Below, in pieces: positions 19,009 through 28,617 of a DNA stretch of 55,499 nt. Both the position numbers and the translations under genes were made by a program. Every line of letters begins with the position of its first letter. The first letter of the stretch is position 1. The notes below the pieces were generated by a model. It ran no database searches and was not told the DNA's origin. It saw only the letters and a list, made by a program, of their open reading frames with translations. Source of the stretch: Capsulimonadales bacterium (GTDB taxonomy: Bacteria > Armatimonadota > Armatimonadia > Armatimonadales > Armatimonadaceae); the NCBI GenBank assembly GCA_033762295.1, contig JANRLW010000025.1:1-55499 (forward strand), in the 5' to 3' direction.

Positions 19009-19271
19009 GTCCTAGCTTTTCCGCTTGATCAGGCACATTATGTGGAGTAAACTTCACATGTTTGTCCCAGGAGTAAGCGCAAACCAGTAGCATTACCTTC
19101 GAAGGGTCCTCGCGGTCAGCCGACAATCCACTTAGTAGCGGAGCGACCGACGGTACGGATGTCTCCTATCGGTTCGGGTTGCTTTTACTATCATTGCGAT
19201 TTTGGCGCAGGTTAGTTTCCGTGAGGAGCGGGTCCGCTTTTCGTATCGGACTGACTGGAAGGGGTATTGAA

Positions 19272-21122
19272 ATGAACTGGTGTCGAACCGGCCTCGCAAT
19301 CGCCGGTAGTCTCGTGACGTTCGGTCTTTTTTGCCTTCCCACCTTTGCCGCCCCGACGGTCGGCGCATCGGGCGCGGTAGATGGCAACCTGAAATGGGAG
19401 CAGAAAACCTCGTCGAAGTGGTATATCGAACTCCAGCGTTACGGGTTGGAACTCATCGCCGACGGTATCGCCAACGAACGGGACGCCGATATCCGCAAAG
19501 GCATTCTGATTCTGGACTGGGGATTCGCCCGCCAGGCGGCGGACGGATCGTTCGCCGGAAGCGAAGATATCTTCCACAGCACCGGCATCTTCCTCGAAGC
19601 GGCAGCCGAGGCGGCGCTTCTGCTGAAGACCTATAAGCCGGTCACCTACGCCGCCGACCTGAATTACTACGCCGGCAAGGTCTCCTCCTACACCTCCAAA
19701 CTGAAAGCGGCCGCCCGCTGGATGATTCAACCGAGCGTCGCCGCCTCCGGGCAGGCGTTCGATCGTCCCTACACCCATCGTCGCTACCTGTCCGCCGCCG
19801 CTCTCGGACTGATCGCCAGGCTCTCCGGCGACACGGCGATCGCCTCGGCCGCGGCTTCCTACATACAGGCCGGCTTGCCGCTCCAGTTGACGGGCGGAAC
19901 CGTCAATATCGCCTATCCGAGCGGTATTCGGACCATCGGTCTGGCAGGTGTCAATCCGGAGATGGAAGGTTTCGATGTCAGCTACCAGGCGGCGGGTCTG
20001 CGATTTGCGGCTCTGTACGGACTGAACGGCGGTCTGGCTTCGCTTCAGCCGAACCTGTTGACCATGTTGAACCGGGGATTGGCCTGGGAAGCGACCCGTG
20101 TCGATGTTCAGGGTAAGTTCGATGTCACCGGCAGCACCCGGGTCGGTATCGAAAAGAACCGGGATGGCTCGGTGAAGCAGATGAATACCGGGGAGGCGGC
20201 GGACGCTTTTGCCTACGCCTACCAGTTGACCGGATCGGAACTGTATCGCGTGATTCATCGACGGATCACCAAGGGGACCTATGTGATTTCGACGTCGAAA
20301 GTCACGGCCAGCGGCGCGGTCGATTCCAACTCCCTGTTCGAGAGCAAGCAATCCTCCACCTACGCCATCGACATGCAGAAGCTGGGCGTCGAGTATGTGA
20401 TGGCCGGCGTTGACAAGGAAGACCCCTCCCAGATCGCCCAGGGTCTGAAGATGATCGACTGGGGATTCGCCCGCCAGGCATCGGACGGTTCGTTCCCGAA
20501 CACGACGAGCGCGTTTTACAATGTGGCGCAGTTCATCGAAGCGGCGGCGCGGATAACGCTGATGCTGAAGAACTACAAGCCGGTCACTTACAAACTGAGT
20601 TCGAGTACGTACGCCGGCACCATCACCAACTACACGAACCGGGTTCGTCTGGCGGCCAACTGGCTGATGCGACCGGACATCGCCTCGTCCGGTCAGAAGT
20701 CGATCGTGAAGTTCACGCACCGCTATTACGTTCTGGCGGCGGCGCTGGGCGAGGCGGGCGTTCTTTGCAACGACAACAATATGAAGAACGCCGCCCTCTG
20801 GTATGTGAACACGGCGCTTCCCCGCCAGCAGTCGGACGGTGTCAATCCGGAGGACGGCAAACCGAGTGTCAACTACCAGTCAAAGGGGTTGGCCTATGCC
20901 GAGTACTACTTCCCGTATGTCACCGATGCGACGCTCCGGAGCAAGCTGATCACGATGATCGACAAGGGTCTGGCCTGGCAGAGCAAATATGTCGATGCTT
21001 TCGGCAAGGTCAACACCAGCAGCCCGGCACGCACGATCGGTCCGTCCTTCTCCATGGGGTACACCATCACCGGAAAGCCGCTGTACCGGGTCATTTCGAC
21101 GCGGATGAAAACCCTGTATTAA
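19272..21122 (+). CDS. Secreted protein with two tandem copies of the DWGF/THRR/GVNPE helical domain
   Basis: ATG 19272 after GAAGGGG; signal peptide ending TFA-A; internal duplication visible in both protein and DNA. Confidence 0.8.
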   Translation: MNWCRTGLAIAGSLVTFGLFCLPTFAAPTVGASGAVDGNLKWEQKTSSKWYIELQRYGLELIADGIANERDADIRKGILILDWGFARQAADGSFAGSEDIFHSTGIFLEAAAEAALLLKTYKPVTYAADLNYYAGKVSSYTSKLKAAARWMIQPSVAASGQAFDRPYTHRRYLSAAALGLIARLSGDTAIASAAASYIQAGLPLQLTGGTVNIAYPSGIRTIGLAGVNPEMEGFDVSYQAAGLRFAALYGLNGGLASLQPNLLTMLNRGLAWEATRVDVQGKFDVTGSTRVGIEKNRDGSVKQMNTGEAADAFAYAYQLTGSELYRVIHRRITKGTYVISTSKVTASGAVDSNSLFESKQSSTYAIDMQKLGVEYVMAGVDKEDPSQIAQGLKMIDWGFARQASDGSFPNTTSAFYNVAQFIEAAARITLMLKNYKPVTYKLSSSTYAGTITNYTNRVRLAANWLMRPDIASSGQKSIVKFTHRYYVLAAALGEAGVLCNDNNMKNAALWYVNTALPRQQSDGVNPEDGKPSVNYQSKGLAYAEYYFPYVTDATLRSKLITMIDKGLAWQSKYVDAFGKVNTSSPARTIGPSFSMGYTITGKPLYRVISTRMKTLY

Positions 21123-21156
21123 GCCCGCGCACACGGACGACCGCACCCGTTTTCAG

Positions 21157-21181
21157 GGAGGATGCTTCGCATCCTCCTTTT
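21157..21181 (+). terminator. Rho-independent terminator
   Basis: GGAGGATG-cttcg-CATCCTCC followed by TTTT. Confidence 0.75.
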
Positions 21182-21360
21182 CGTTTGTCGATTCTCCAAT
21201 TTTCCGGCGAAATTCCGGACTTCTCCACTTCGGTCGAACCCCGGCAATTATTCAGGTTATTAATATCCACGTAATTTTGTTAATCGATAGGATAAATCAG
21301 GCACGGTGCTTGCATTCGTCCGCACGGTAATCGCCGCGTTTCGATCCCTTCGGAACGTGG

Positions 21361-21801
21361 TTGGAAGGAACTAGAAACGTGGATTGGGCCGGGACTTATC
21401 TACTTCGCTCTCCGAAAGGCAGGGAACTCCGTCGGGGCAACCTGCCGGCAGGCATCCTCGAATGGGCGATGGCGTTCGGGCGGTTCGATCGCCCGGAGAT
21501 ACGCCAGTGGCGGCGCCTTCTGGGAAAGGACCTGTTACCGGAGTGTGCCCCCATCGTTTCCATGAAATCGCCGGAGGCATTGCCGGATCTGGTGACGGCG
21601 GTGGCTTTCAGTGTTTCCTTTCGGACCGGTTCGCCGGAAAGCGACTCCGCTTCCGTGAACCCTCGCTGTCCCGGAGTCACGACCGAGACGGTCCGGCTTT
21701 ATCGTGTCGGCGAAGGCGGTTTTTTCGTCGGCCAGCACAACCTGACGGGCGTCATGTTTTTTCTGTGTCTTCCGGCCCCTTTCGGACCGCCGTTCAACTG
21801 A
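21361..21801 (+). CDS. Hypothetical protein
   Basis: ORF fills the intergenic gap; no recognisable motif; TTG start uncertain. Confidence 0.35.
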   Translation: MEGTRNVDWAGTYLLRSPKGRELRRGNLPAGILEWAMAFGRFDRPEIRQWRRLLGKDLLPECAPIVSMKSPEALPDLVTAVAFSVSFRTGSPESDSASVNPRCPGVTTETVRLYRVGEGGFFVGQHNLTGVMFFLCLPAPFGPPFN

Positions 21802-21878
21802 CTTCCGGGTCGGGCTTTCCATTGCCCGTCCGCTGCCGGACAGGAGGTCGGTCTTCCACCGCCTGATATAATGGGGCG

Positions 21879-22919
21879 ATGCCCCAATCCTCACCGGTCG
21901 TCCCGCCGGACGATGTCCGCCGCCTTCTTCTGGTCAAACTCAGCTCTCTCGGCGACATCGTGCATGCTCTGCCGCTTCTCGACGCTTTGCGGAGCGGTCT
22001 CGGGCCGGATACCCTCATCGCCTGGGCCGTCCGCCGGAAATTTTCCGAAATACTTGAGGGCAACCCCGCGATTTCGCAGTCCCATATACTGACCGGGAGC
22101 GGTTTGTCGGGCCTGATCGAATTCGGTCGCCTCCTGCGCCGGGAACGATTCGATGTGACGCTCGACGCTCAGGGACTGCTCCTGTCCGGGATGGTCACCT
22201 GGATGTCCGGAGCGCCGACCCGTATCGGTCTCGACAGCAATCGCGAGGGGAACCGTGTCTTCCTTACTCACCCGGTCGTTCCGGGGCGTGAGCGGATTCA
22301 CGTGGTTCGCCGTCTGCTCGGATTCTGCCCGGCGCTCGGCCTGCCGATTCCGCCGGTCTGTCGTCAGCACTATCTGGCCCTCGGCCAACAGCAGGAAGCG
22401 AAGGAATGGCTTCCCGTCGCCGATATACCGATCGTGGGATGTATCGTCGGTGCGTCGACGGCGGCGAAGACCTATCCGCCGGACCGATGGGTCGAAGTGG
22501 CGCGTCAGTTCCGACGATCCGGAATCCATACGTTGCTCCTGGGCGGACCGGCGGAAGCGGAAACGGCGTCCGCAATCGTTGCCGAAGTGGGCGAAGGCGT
22601 AACAGATTTTACCGGGAAGACGCCGTTGCGCCTGCTGGCATCGGTTCTGGCGCAATGTCGGGTCGTGGTCGGCGGCGATTCCGGTCCGACCCATCTGGCG
22701 GTCGCGGTCGGAACCCCCGTGGTCGGGTTGTACGGCGTGACCGATCCCGCGCGCACCGGCCCCGACTGGGGAACGGCCCGCTCGATCGTTCTGGACTTCG
22801 CCGAGAAGGACGCCCCGCCCGCCGACCGAAGACCGCGGCACCCGACACTGGACGATGCCCTGGCGCGTATTCCGCCGGAGGAGATCGTCCGGGCGACGTT
22901 GACGCTGTTTTTGCGGTAA
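21879..22919 (+). CDS. GT9 heptosyltransferase (WaaC-like)
   Basis: LLVKLSSLGDIVH, DAQGLL.SG, GDSGPTHLA and LYG.T motifs. Confidence 0.88.
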   Translation: MPQSSPVVPPDDVRRLLLVKLSSLGDIVHALPLLDALRSGLGPDTLIAWAVRRKFSEILEGNPAISQSHILTGSGLSGLIEFGRLLRRERFDVTLDAQGLLLSGMVTWMSGAPTRIGLDSNREGNRVFLTHPVVPGRERIHVVRRLLGFCPALGLPIPPVCRQHYLALGQQQEAKEWLPVADIPIVGCIVGASTAAKTYPPDRWVEVARQFRRSGIHTLLLGGPAEAETASAIVAEVGEGVTDFTGKTPLRLLASVLAQCRVVVGGDSGPTHLAVAVGTPVVGLYGVTDPARTGPDWGTARSIVLDFAEKDAPPADRRPRHPTLDDALARIPPEEIVRATLTLFLR

Positions 22920-22981
22920 TATCGACAACGAGGTTCGAATCCGTTCGTGATACTGGACAGGATGAGGATTATTCGATACGT

Positions 22982-24061
22982 ATGCGTTTACTCGCGGTGA
23001 ATCTCAACTACCTCGGAGACGCTCTGTTTACCACCCCGGCACTGGCCGCGCTGAAGGAACGATACCCTCAGGCAACGCTGGACGTGCTGGCCGGCGAACG
23101 AGCGACGGCGATTTTGCGCGGCAATGTCAGCATCGACCGGCTGATCACGCGCCCCCCGCGCGACGGTATGGGACGCGCTTTGCATCTTCGCAACACCCTT
23201 CAGGAGGGTCGGTACGATGCGGTCGTTCTCTTCCAGAGCACTCTGACCAACGCCCTGGTGAGCTTTCTGGAGCGGGTACCGATCCGGATCGGCTTCCAGC
23301 AGGCCGGCTGCTCCCCGTTTCTCACGCATACCGTCCCCTCCCGCCGTTCCCAGGAGCATGATGTCGATGCCTACTGTCGCCTCGCCCATGCCGTGGAGGA
23401 CGATACGGTTCCGTTCCCTCACCGTCTTTCCATTGCCGTTTCTCCGGCGGATAACGCGTTTGCCGACGCTTTCCTGCACAATCGGGAGGTCGCGCCCCCG
23501 GTCGTCGGCCTGGTGATCGGCGCAACACGCCCGCAGAAGCGTTGGCCGGAGGAGTATTTCGTCCGTCTGGCGGACCGGCTCTGGAGTGCGGCGGGCGTCT
23601 GCAGTGTGTTACTGGGCGGCCCGGAAGAGACGGACGCGGCCCAGCGCATTCTGGCCCAGGTCCGGTCGCCGCTCGTTTCCGCGGTTGGCCTGACGACCGA
23701 GAAGCAGCTCGCCGCGCTGGTGGGCAGGCTGAGCGTCGTCGTCTCCGGAGATAGCGGTCCGCTGCATATCGCCACCGCGATGAACACCCCGGTGGTCGCC
23801 ATTTTCGGCTCCACCGACCCGGTTCAAACCGGCCCATGGATCTGTCCGCGCGGCGAGGCCGCACCCGCCATCGTGCTGTACGACGGGTTCGCCTGTTCGC
23901 CCTGCCGGAAGAACCCCACCTGCCACGGTCGTTACGACTGCCTGAAAGCCATTACCCCCGAACGTGTCTATGAGTCGACCTGCGGACTCCTCGGGGTTCT
24001 CGCTCACCGTACGGCGCTCCCCGTCATTGCGACCGGCGCGAAGGGGGTGGAACTGCCATGA
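22982..24061 (+). CDS. GT9 heptosyltransferase (WaaF-like)
   Basis: MRLLAVNLNYLGDA, KRWP, GDSGPLHIA, C-terminal CSPC cluster; start reassigned to ATG 22982. Confidence 0.88.
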   Translation: MRLLAVNLNYLGDALFTTPALAALKERYPQATLDVLAGERATAILRGNVSIDRLITRPPRDGMGRALHLRNTLQEGRYDAVVLFQSTLTNALVSFLERVPIRIGFQQAGCSPFLTHTVPSRRSQEHDVDAYCRLAHAVEDDTVPFPHRLSIAVSPADNAFADAFLHNREVAPPVVGLVIGATRPQKRWPEEYFVRLADRLWSAAGVCSVLLGGPEETDAAQRILAQVRSPLVSAVGLTTEKQLAALVGRLSVVVSGDSGPLHIATAMNTPVVAIFGSTDPVQTGPWICPRGEAAPAIVLYDGFACSPCRKNPTCHGRYDCLKAITPERVYESTCGLLGVLAHRTALPVIATGAKGVELP

Positions 24062-25101
24062 TCTTCCGCCGTACGTCGATCTACCCGGTCCGTCGAGTCG
24101 TCGTGCTGACGAAACACCACTACATGGGCGATACGATCGTCGCCGTTCCCCTGCTCCGGGCCGCGCGAAGCGTGTATCCCGGGGCTGAGATCACCCTTCT
24201 GACGGGCAAGATGGGGGCGGTCGCCCTTCAGGAATGTCCGTATATCGACTCCATTCACTGCTACAACCCGCGTGATCGTCATTACTCCTCCGGCAACCTT
24301 CGTAAGGCGCTCTTCGGCGACGAACGTCCTGATGTCTGCCTGATCTCGGATCGCTCCTTTCGTTCGGCCTGGATCGGCTACCGACTGGGCGCGCGTATCC
24401 GCGCGGGCTTCGCCTCCGAGGGCCGGGCCTTCCTGCTGACCCATCGGGTGCCGTACCGCAAGAACGCGCCGGAGATCGAATGCTTCCTCGATATCCTGCG
24501 GGCGGTCGCTCCGGAGGGCAAGGATCGCCTTCCCTATGACCCGACGCCGCAACTCTTTCTGAGCGACTCCGAGCGTCAACGCGGAATGGCGTTGCTGCGG
24601 GAGCGGGAAGCGATCGGACCGTTCCTTGTCGGGCTGCAGGCCGGGGCCTCCTATCCGGCGAAGCAGTGGACCATCGCCGGATTTGCCGCGGTGGCGGACG
24701 CCCTCGCTTCGGACGGGCATGGCATCGTCCTCCTGGGCAGCGGCAAAGCCGAAACGGACGCCGCGCGTCAATTACGACAGGTCATTCCCCATGTTCCGCT
24801 CGTCGATCTGACGGGAGCGACCACCCTGCGCGAAACGATGGGCGTTCTGTCGCACCTCTCCCTCTTCATCGGCAACGATACCGGCGTCAACCACATGGCC
24901 GCGTCGCTCGGGATCTCGACCATCGGTCTTTTCGGCCCGACCCGCGCCGATAAGTGGGGACATGACGGCCCTCGCGGCATCGTCCTCTCCGCACCGGAGG
25001 GGGATTTGAGCCGTTTGGAACCGGGTCCGGTGATCGATGCGGCAAGACGCCTGCTGCACCATTTCGACTCGACGCCGGTCGCGCTCGGGATCGCTCGATG
25101 A
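24058..25101 (+). CDS. GT9 heptosyltransferase
   Basis: YMGD, AKQW, GNDTGVNHMA and LFGPT motifs. Confidence 0.88.
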   Translation: MIFRRTSIYPVRRVVVLTKHHYMGDTIVAVPLLRAARSVYPGAEITLLTGKMGAVALQECPYIDSIHCYNPRDRHYSSGNLRKALFGDERPDVCLISDRSFRSAWIGYRLGARIRAGFASEGRAFLLTHRVPYRKNAPEIECFLDILRAVAPEGKDRLPYDPTPQLFLSDSERQRGMALLREREAIGPFLVGLQAGASYPAKQWTIAGFAAVADALASDGHGIVLLGSGKAETDAARQLRQVIPHVPLVDLTGATTLRETMGVLSHLSLFIGNDTGVNHMAASLGISTIGLFGPTRADKWGHDGPRGIVLSAPEGDLSRLEPGPVIDAARRLLHHFDSTPVALGIAR

Positions 25102-26207
25102 GTCGAAAGATCGAACGGGTTCTGGCAATCCGTTTCGGCGGCATGGGAGATATCCTGATGACGACTCCCTCGCTGCGGGCCGTCGCCGAAACCTTCGGGA
25201 CCGATCGGATCGACTTCATTGTCGGCCGGGGCAACAGGGATGCCCTGGTCGGCCTTCCGTATATCCGCGAAGTCATCGAGTTCGGTCCGAGGGGCCAGGA
25301 TGTCCAGTTTCGTCAGTTCGCGCTGTTTCTGCGCCGGCTTCGGGAGGGTCGATACGATCTCTTCCTGAACTTTCAGCCCAGTCTGAAAACGCTGACGATG
25401 CAGTCCGCCGTCGCCGCGCCGCACAACTACATTTTCCGCAAGGACCGACGTCGCCGGAAGGACGGACGGGTTCGCCACGCGATCGATGACTTTGCCAAAG
25501 ACCTGAGTTTCCTCGGCATTCGTGCCCTGCCCGGCCGTCGCATGGACTTTTTTATTCCCGAAGCGGCGTTCGCCTATGTCCGGGAGCTGCTGCATGCCGA
25601 GGGGATCGGCCACGAAACCACGCTGATTCTCGTGAATCCGGGCGGAACCCGTGAAATCAATCGCTGGCCGCCGCCGAAGTACGTCGAACTGCTGAATCGT
25701 CTGGCCTCTCTCTATCCGAAGGCGCACTTCCTATTGACGGGCGGTCCGGACGACGTCGAACGCGCCCGGCAGATCGAGGAGTCGGTGGAGTCGGGGACCG
25801 GGGACCGCCTGCATAACATGGCCCGCCGCCTCTCGATCAAGGAAACCGGCGCGTTACTGGCGCGATCCGCCGTCTTCGTTACCGTGGACACCGGGCCGAT
25901 GCATGTGGCGTCGGCGCTTGGCGTTCCCATGGTCGTTCTCTCCGGGGCCGCCGATCCGGAGCGGACCGGGCCACTCAATACCGACGATCTGATCGTCATC
26001 CGCCGGGACCTCGACTGTGTCCCGTGCGGTGACCGCTCCTGTCGGCGTGGTGACATCGCCTGTATGAACGGGATGGAAACCGACTGGGTTCTGGCGGCCG
26101 TCCGACAACGTCTGAGGGAATCTCTGGGCGAAAAACAGATACTACCGATGGCCGATCCCTCGCTGCCGATCGAGCGGGTGACTCCAGACGGCCTGTCACG
26201 CCCCTGA
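25098..26207 (+). CDS. GT9 heptosyltransferase
   Basis: IRFGGMGDI, NRWP, VDTGPMHVA, C-terminal CVPC cluster. Confidence 0.88.
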   Translation: MSRKIERVLAIRFGGMGDILMTTPSLRAVAETFGTDRIDFIVGRGNRDALVGLPYIREVIEFGPRGQDVQFRQFALFLRRLREGRYDLFLNFQPSLKTLTMQSAVAAPHNYIFRKDRRRRKDGRVRHAIDDFAKDLSFLGIRALPGRRMDFFIPEAAFAYVRELLHAEGIGHETTLILVNPGGTREINRWPPPKYVELLNRLASLYPKAHFLLTGGPDDVERARQIEESVESGTGDRLHNMARRLSIKETGALLARSAVFVTVDTGPMHVASALGVPMVVLSGAADPERTGPLNTDDLIVIRRDLDCVPCGDRSCRRGDIACMNGMETDWVLAAVRQRLRESLGEKQILPMADPSLPIERVTPDGLSRP

Positions 26208-26308
26208 TCGGAGGATGACAGGTGCTTTCTCCGGTGCCTTGCCGGCGTTCGAACGGCGGCGTGGTACGAACAGACGATTCGGCCTCGGCATCCGGGGTTC
26301 CCCGGGTG

Positions 26309-27550
26309 TCAATACGCTGAGATCAACCGCTGACCGAGATCACGGAACGCGGCGATCCGCTCTTCGGACGTTCGGAAATCCGGGTTCGGCAGGCCGTTGC
26401 GATCGACGAAACCCGATTCCCCGCGCGACCGGCGGTACTGGTGGGCCGCGAGCACGCACGTTCCCTCGCGGAAGATCGTTTCGACCGGTTCGGGGATCGG
26501 TTCGCCGCCCAGACAGGTCGGGACGATCGGTGTCCGTTCGGGCGTATTGTGTTCGGTCCCGGCGGTGACGAGGATGCCGGCGTTCCGAAGCGCAGGAACA
26601 TAGTCCGATAGCGCCTCCGCCCGGTTCCGGGTAGGGATCAGTTCGGCGCAGGTAAAGCCACGATCGAGCAGACGCTGCGTCAACGCATCGACCGGGGTTT
26701 CAAAACCGCAGATCGGGTTCGCGCCGTCCAGCAGCGCGGGATAGCAGGGAATTCCGCCGAGGGCCAGGATCAGTCGGATCGCGTGTTCGAACGAGACGAA
26801 CGTCTCCGGAACATAGGCGGGTTTCCCGGCCTTCATCAACAGGGACCGGATATCGTTCTGAACCGCCGCCGGCCGGGTCGGGTCTCCCTTCGCCGCCGCG
26901 CCGTAAAACCGCTCCAGAAAGGCCGGACGCTCTTCTTCCGAAACGGTCGAAAAGATCGCCTCCTGTATCGCCTGCGCGACATGGCGTTCCTGTAGAAAGA
27001 CGGTTTCCGCAGGGCAGCCGTACCGTGCGGCCAGAGTGTCGCGAATACCCGCCGCCGTGAGGTCGACCGAACCACCGGCCGCCATCAGCCGTTCGGACAG
27101 ACGGGCGGTCATCGCAGTCATTCGTTCCGAATCCCGCTCCCGGATCACATCCAGGAGCGCTTGCGCCTCGGCGTTCATCGGATCGAACTCCGTGATCCCT
27201 TTGCCGCAGACGTAAAACTTCCCGGGATTCCCCGGATCGTTGATTTTGATTCCGGATTCCTGCAGGGATTGATCCAGTGTGATGATTTCCAGGCCGAACA
27301 GAGGAAAGACGTGGGCCTTTCGCGCCGCGTCGGCGAACGCCCGATAGACCGAGTAGTCGTAATAGTTCGATCCGCCGAGGACCCGGACGCCCTGTTGTGC
27401 CGCCAGCGTCACCGCCTCTTCCGGATGGGAAAACGCCGAAAAGTTCGGCGGCAGGTGGATGTGAGCGTTCGCCCGGAAGCGCTCGTCCCCGGACGGCAAC
27501 ATCTCCGGCTCCGGCAATCCGGCCATCGCGATCTCGTTCGCCGTATTCAT
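26309..27550 (-). CDS. PHP-domain metallo-hydrolase-like protein
   Basis: NAHIHLP (HxH), GLE, ERH, GGIPCYP and GTEHNT motifs; GGAGG RBS. Confidence 0.7.
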   Translation of the reverse strand: MNTANEIAMAGLPEPEMLPSGDERFRANAHIHLPPNFSAFSHPEEAVTLAAQQGVRVLGGSNYYDYSVYRAFADAARKAHVFPLFGLEIITLDQSLQESGIKINDPGNPGKFYVCGKGITEFDPMNAEAQALLDVIRERDSERMTAMTARLSERLMAAGGSVDLTAAGIRDTLAARYGCPAETVFLQERHVAQAIQEAIFSTVSEEERPAFLERFYGAAAKGDPTRPAAVQNDIRSLLMKAGKPAYVPETFVSFEHAIRLILALGGIPCYPALLDGANPICGFETPVDALTQRLLDRGFTCAELIPTRNRAEALSDYVPALRNAGILVTAGTEHNTPERTPIVPTCLGGEPIPEPVETIFREGTCVLAAHQYRRSRGESGFVDRNGLPNPDFRTSEERIAAFRDLGQRLISAY

Positions 27551-27669
27551 CCCGATCGTTCCTCCGATGGATGATAATCAGTACGGGAAGTCGTTGTCAA
27601 GGCCGGATCGGCGATCGGCGTCCCGCTCCGCCCCTTCTTTGGTTCCGGCGAACCGGTATAATGACGACG

Positions 27670-28617
27670 ATGCGGGTTCTTTTCTTTGGCACCTCCTCTT
27701 TCGCGGTTCCGACGCTGCAGGCGCTTCACGACGCCGCGCCGCGCCATGCCATCCTCGGCGTCGTCACCCAGCCTGACCGGCCCTCCGGACGGGGTATGAA
27801 ACTGCAAATGTCGCCGGTCAAGGAGCGCGCGCTGGAGCTCGGATACGAGATCCATCAGCCGGAAAGGGTGCGCCGGAAGCCGTTCCCCGCCGTCGTTCAG
27901 GCTCTGGCCCCCGACGCCCTGGTGGTGGTCTCGTTCGGCCAGATCATCCCGCAGAGTCTGCTGGACCTTCCGCCATTCGGGGGGATCAATGTGCACGCCT
28001 CTCTGCTGCCGCGCTGGCGCGGGGCTGCGCCGATTCATCGCGCGATCATGGCCGGCGACACCGAAACGGGCGTGGCGACGATGCGGATGGAGGCGACGCT
28101 CGACACCGGGCCGGTCTTCCTGGTCGCCCGGGAAACGATCCGTGATGACGATACGACCGGGACTCTCGAACCGCGTCTCGCCGCCCTCGGCGGACCGCTG
28201 CTGGTGGAAACGCTGGATCGACTGGAGGCCGGGACGATCCTCTCGACGCCGCAACCGGACGAGGGCATGGTCTATGCGGCGACCGTCGAACGAGCGGACG
28301 GTCTCCTGGACCCGCTCTCGGAAGAGGCGCTTACCCTGGCGCGCCGGGTACGCGGGGTGAATCCGCGACCCGGTGCGTTCCTCCTGCTCGATGGGAAACC
28401 GGTGAAGGTCTGGGAAACGGCGACGGAACCCCTGTCCCCGGCAACGCCGGCAGGAACGGTGGCGGCGGTGCGTAAGGACGGCATTCTGGTCGCGACGAAA
28501 GCCGGCGGCCTGCTCCTGACCCGGGTTCAGCCGGAGAACAAGGCCGCCATGTCGGCGGCGGACTATGCCCGGGGCGCACGTCTCGCGGTGGGCGCCCCGG
28601 CAACCCGTCCCGCCTAA
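27670..28617 (+). CDS. fmt: Methionyl-tRNA formyltransferase
   Basis: FFGTSSFA, VTQPDRP.GRG, INVHASLLPRWRGAAPI and LDTGP motifs; ATG 27661 is an alternative start. Confidence 0.95.
   Translation: MRVLFFGTSSFAVPTLQALHDAAPRHAILGVVTQPDRPSGRGMKLQMSPVKERALELGYEIHQPERVRRKPFPAVVQALAPDALVVVSFGQIIPQSLLDLPPFGGINVHASLLPRWRGAAPIHRAIMAGDTETGVATMRMEATLDTGPVFLVARETIRDDDTTGTLEPRLAALGGPLLVETLDRLEAGTILSTPQPDEGMVYAATVERADGLLDPLSEEALTLARRVRGVNPRPGAFLLLDGKPVKVWETATEPLSPATPAGTVAAVRKDGILVATKAGGLLLTRVQPENKAAMSAADYARGARLAVGAPATRPA

Noticed and set aside
19040..19059. Possible CRP site
   Set aside because: The spacer between TGTGG and TCACA is 8 bp, not the canonical 6; kept only as a generic inverted repeat
19070..19170. 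Possible c-di-GMP-I riboswitch (GCAAACC seen)
   Set aside because: The remaining conserved elements could not be found by eye
3154..25727. Many long antisense or alternate-frame ORFs (e.g. 3154-4566, 8802-10022, 11645-13366, 12163-13839, 19212-20720)
   Set aside because: Shadow ORFs expected from high-GC codon bias; Arg/Gly-rich, without motifs, and overlapping well-supported genes
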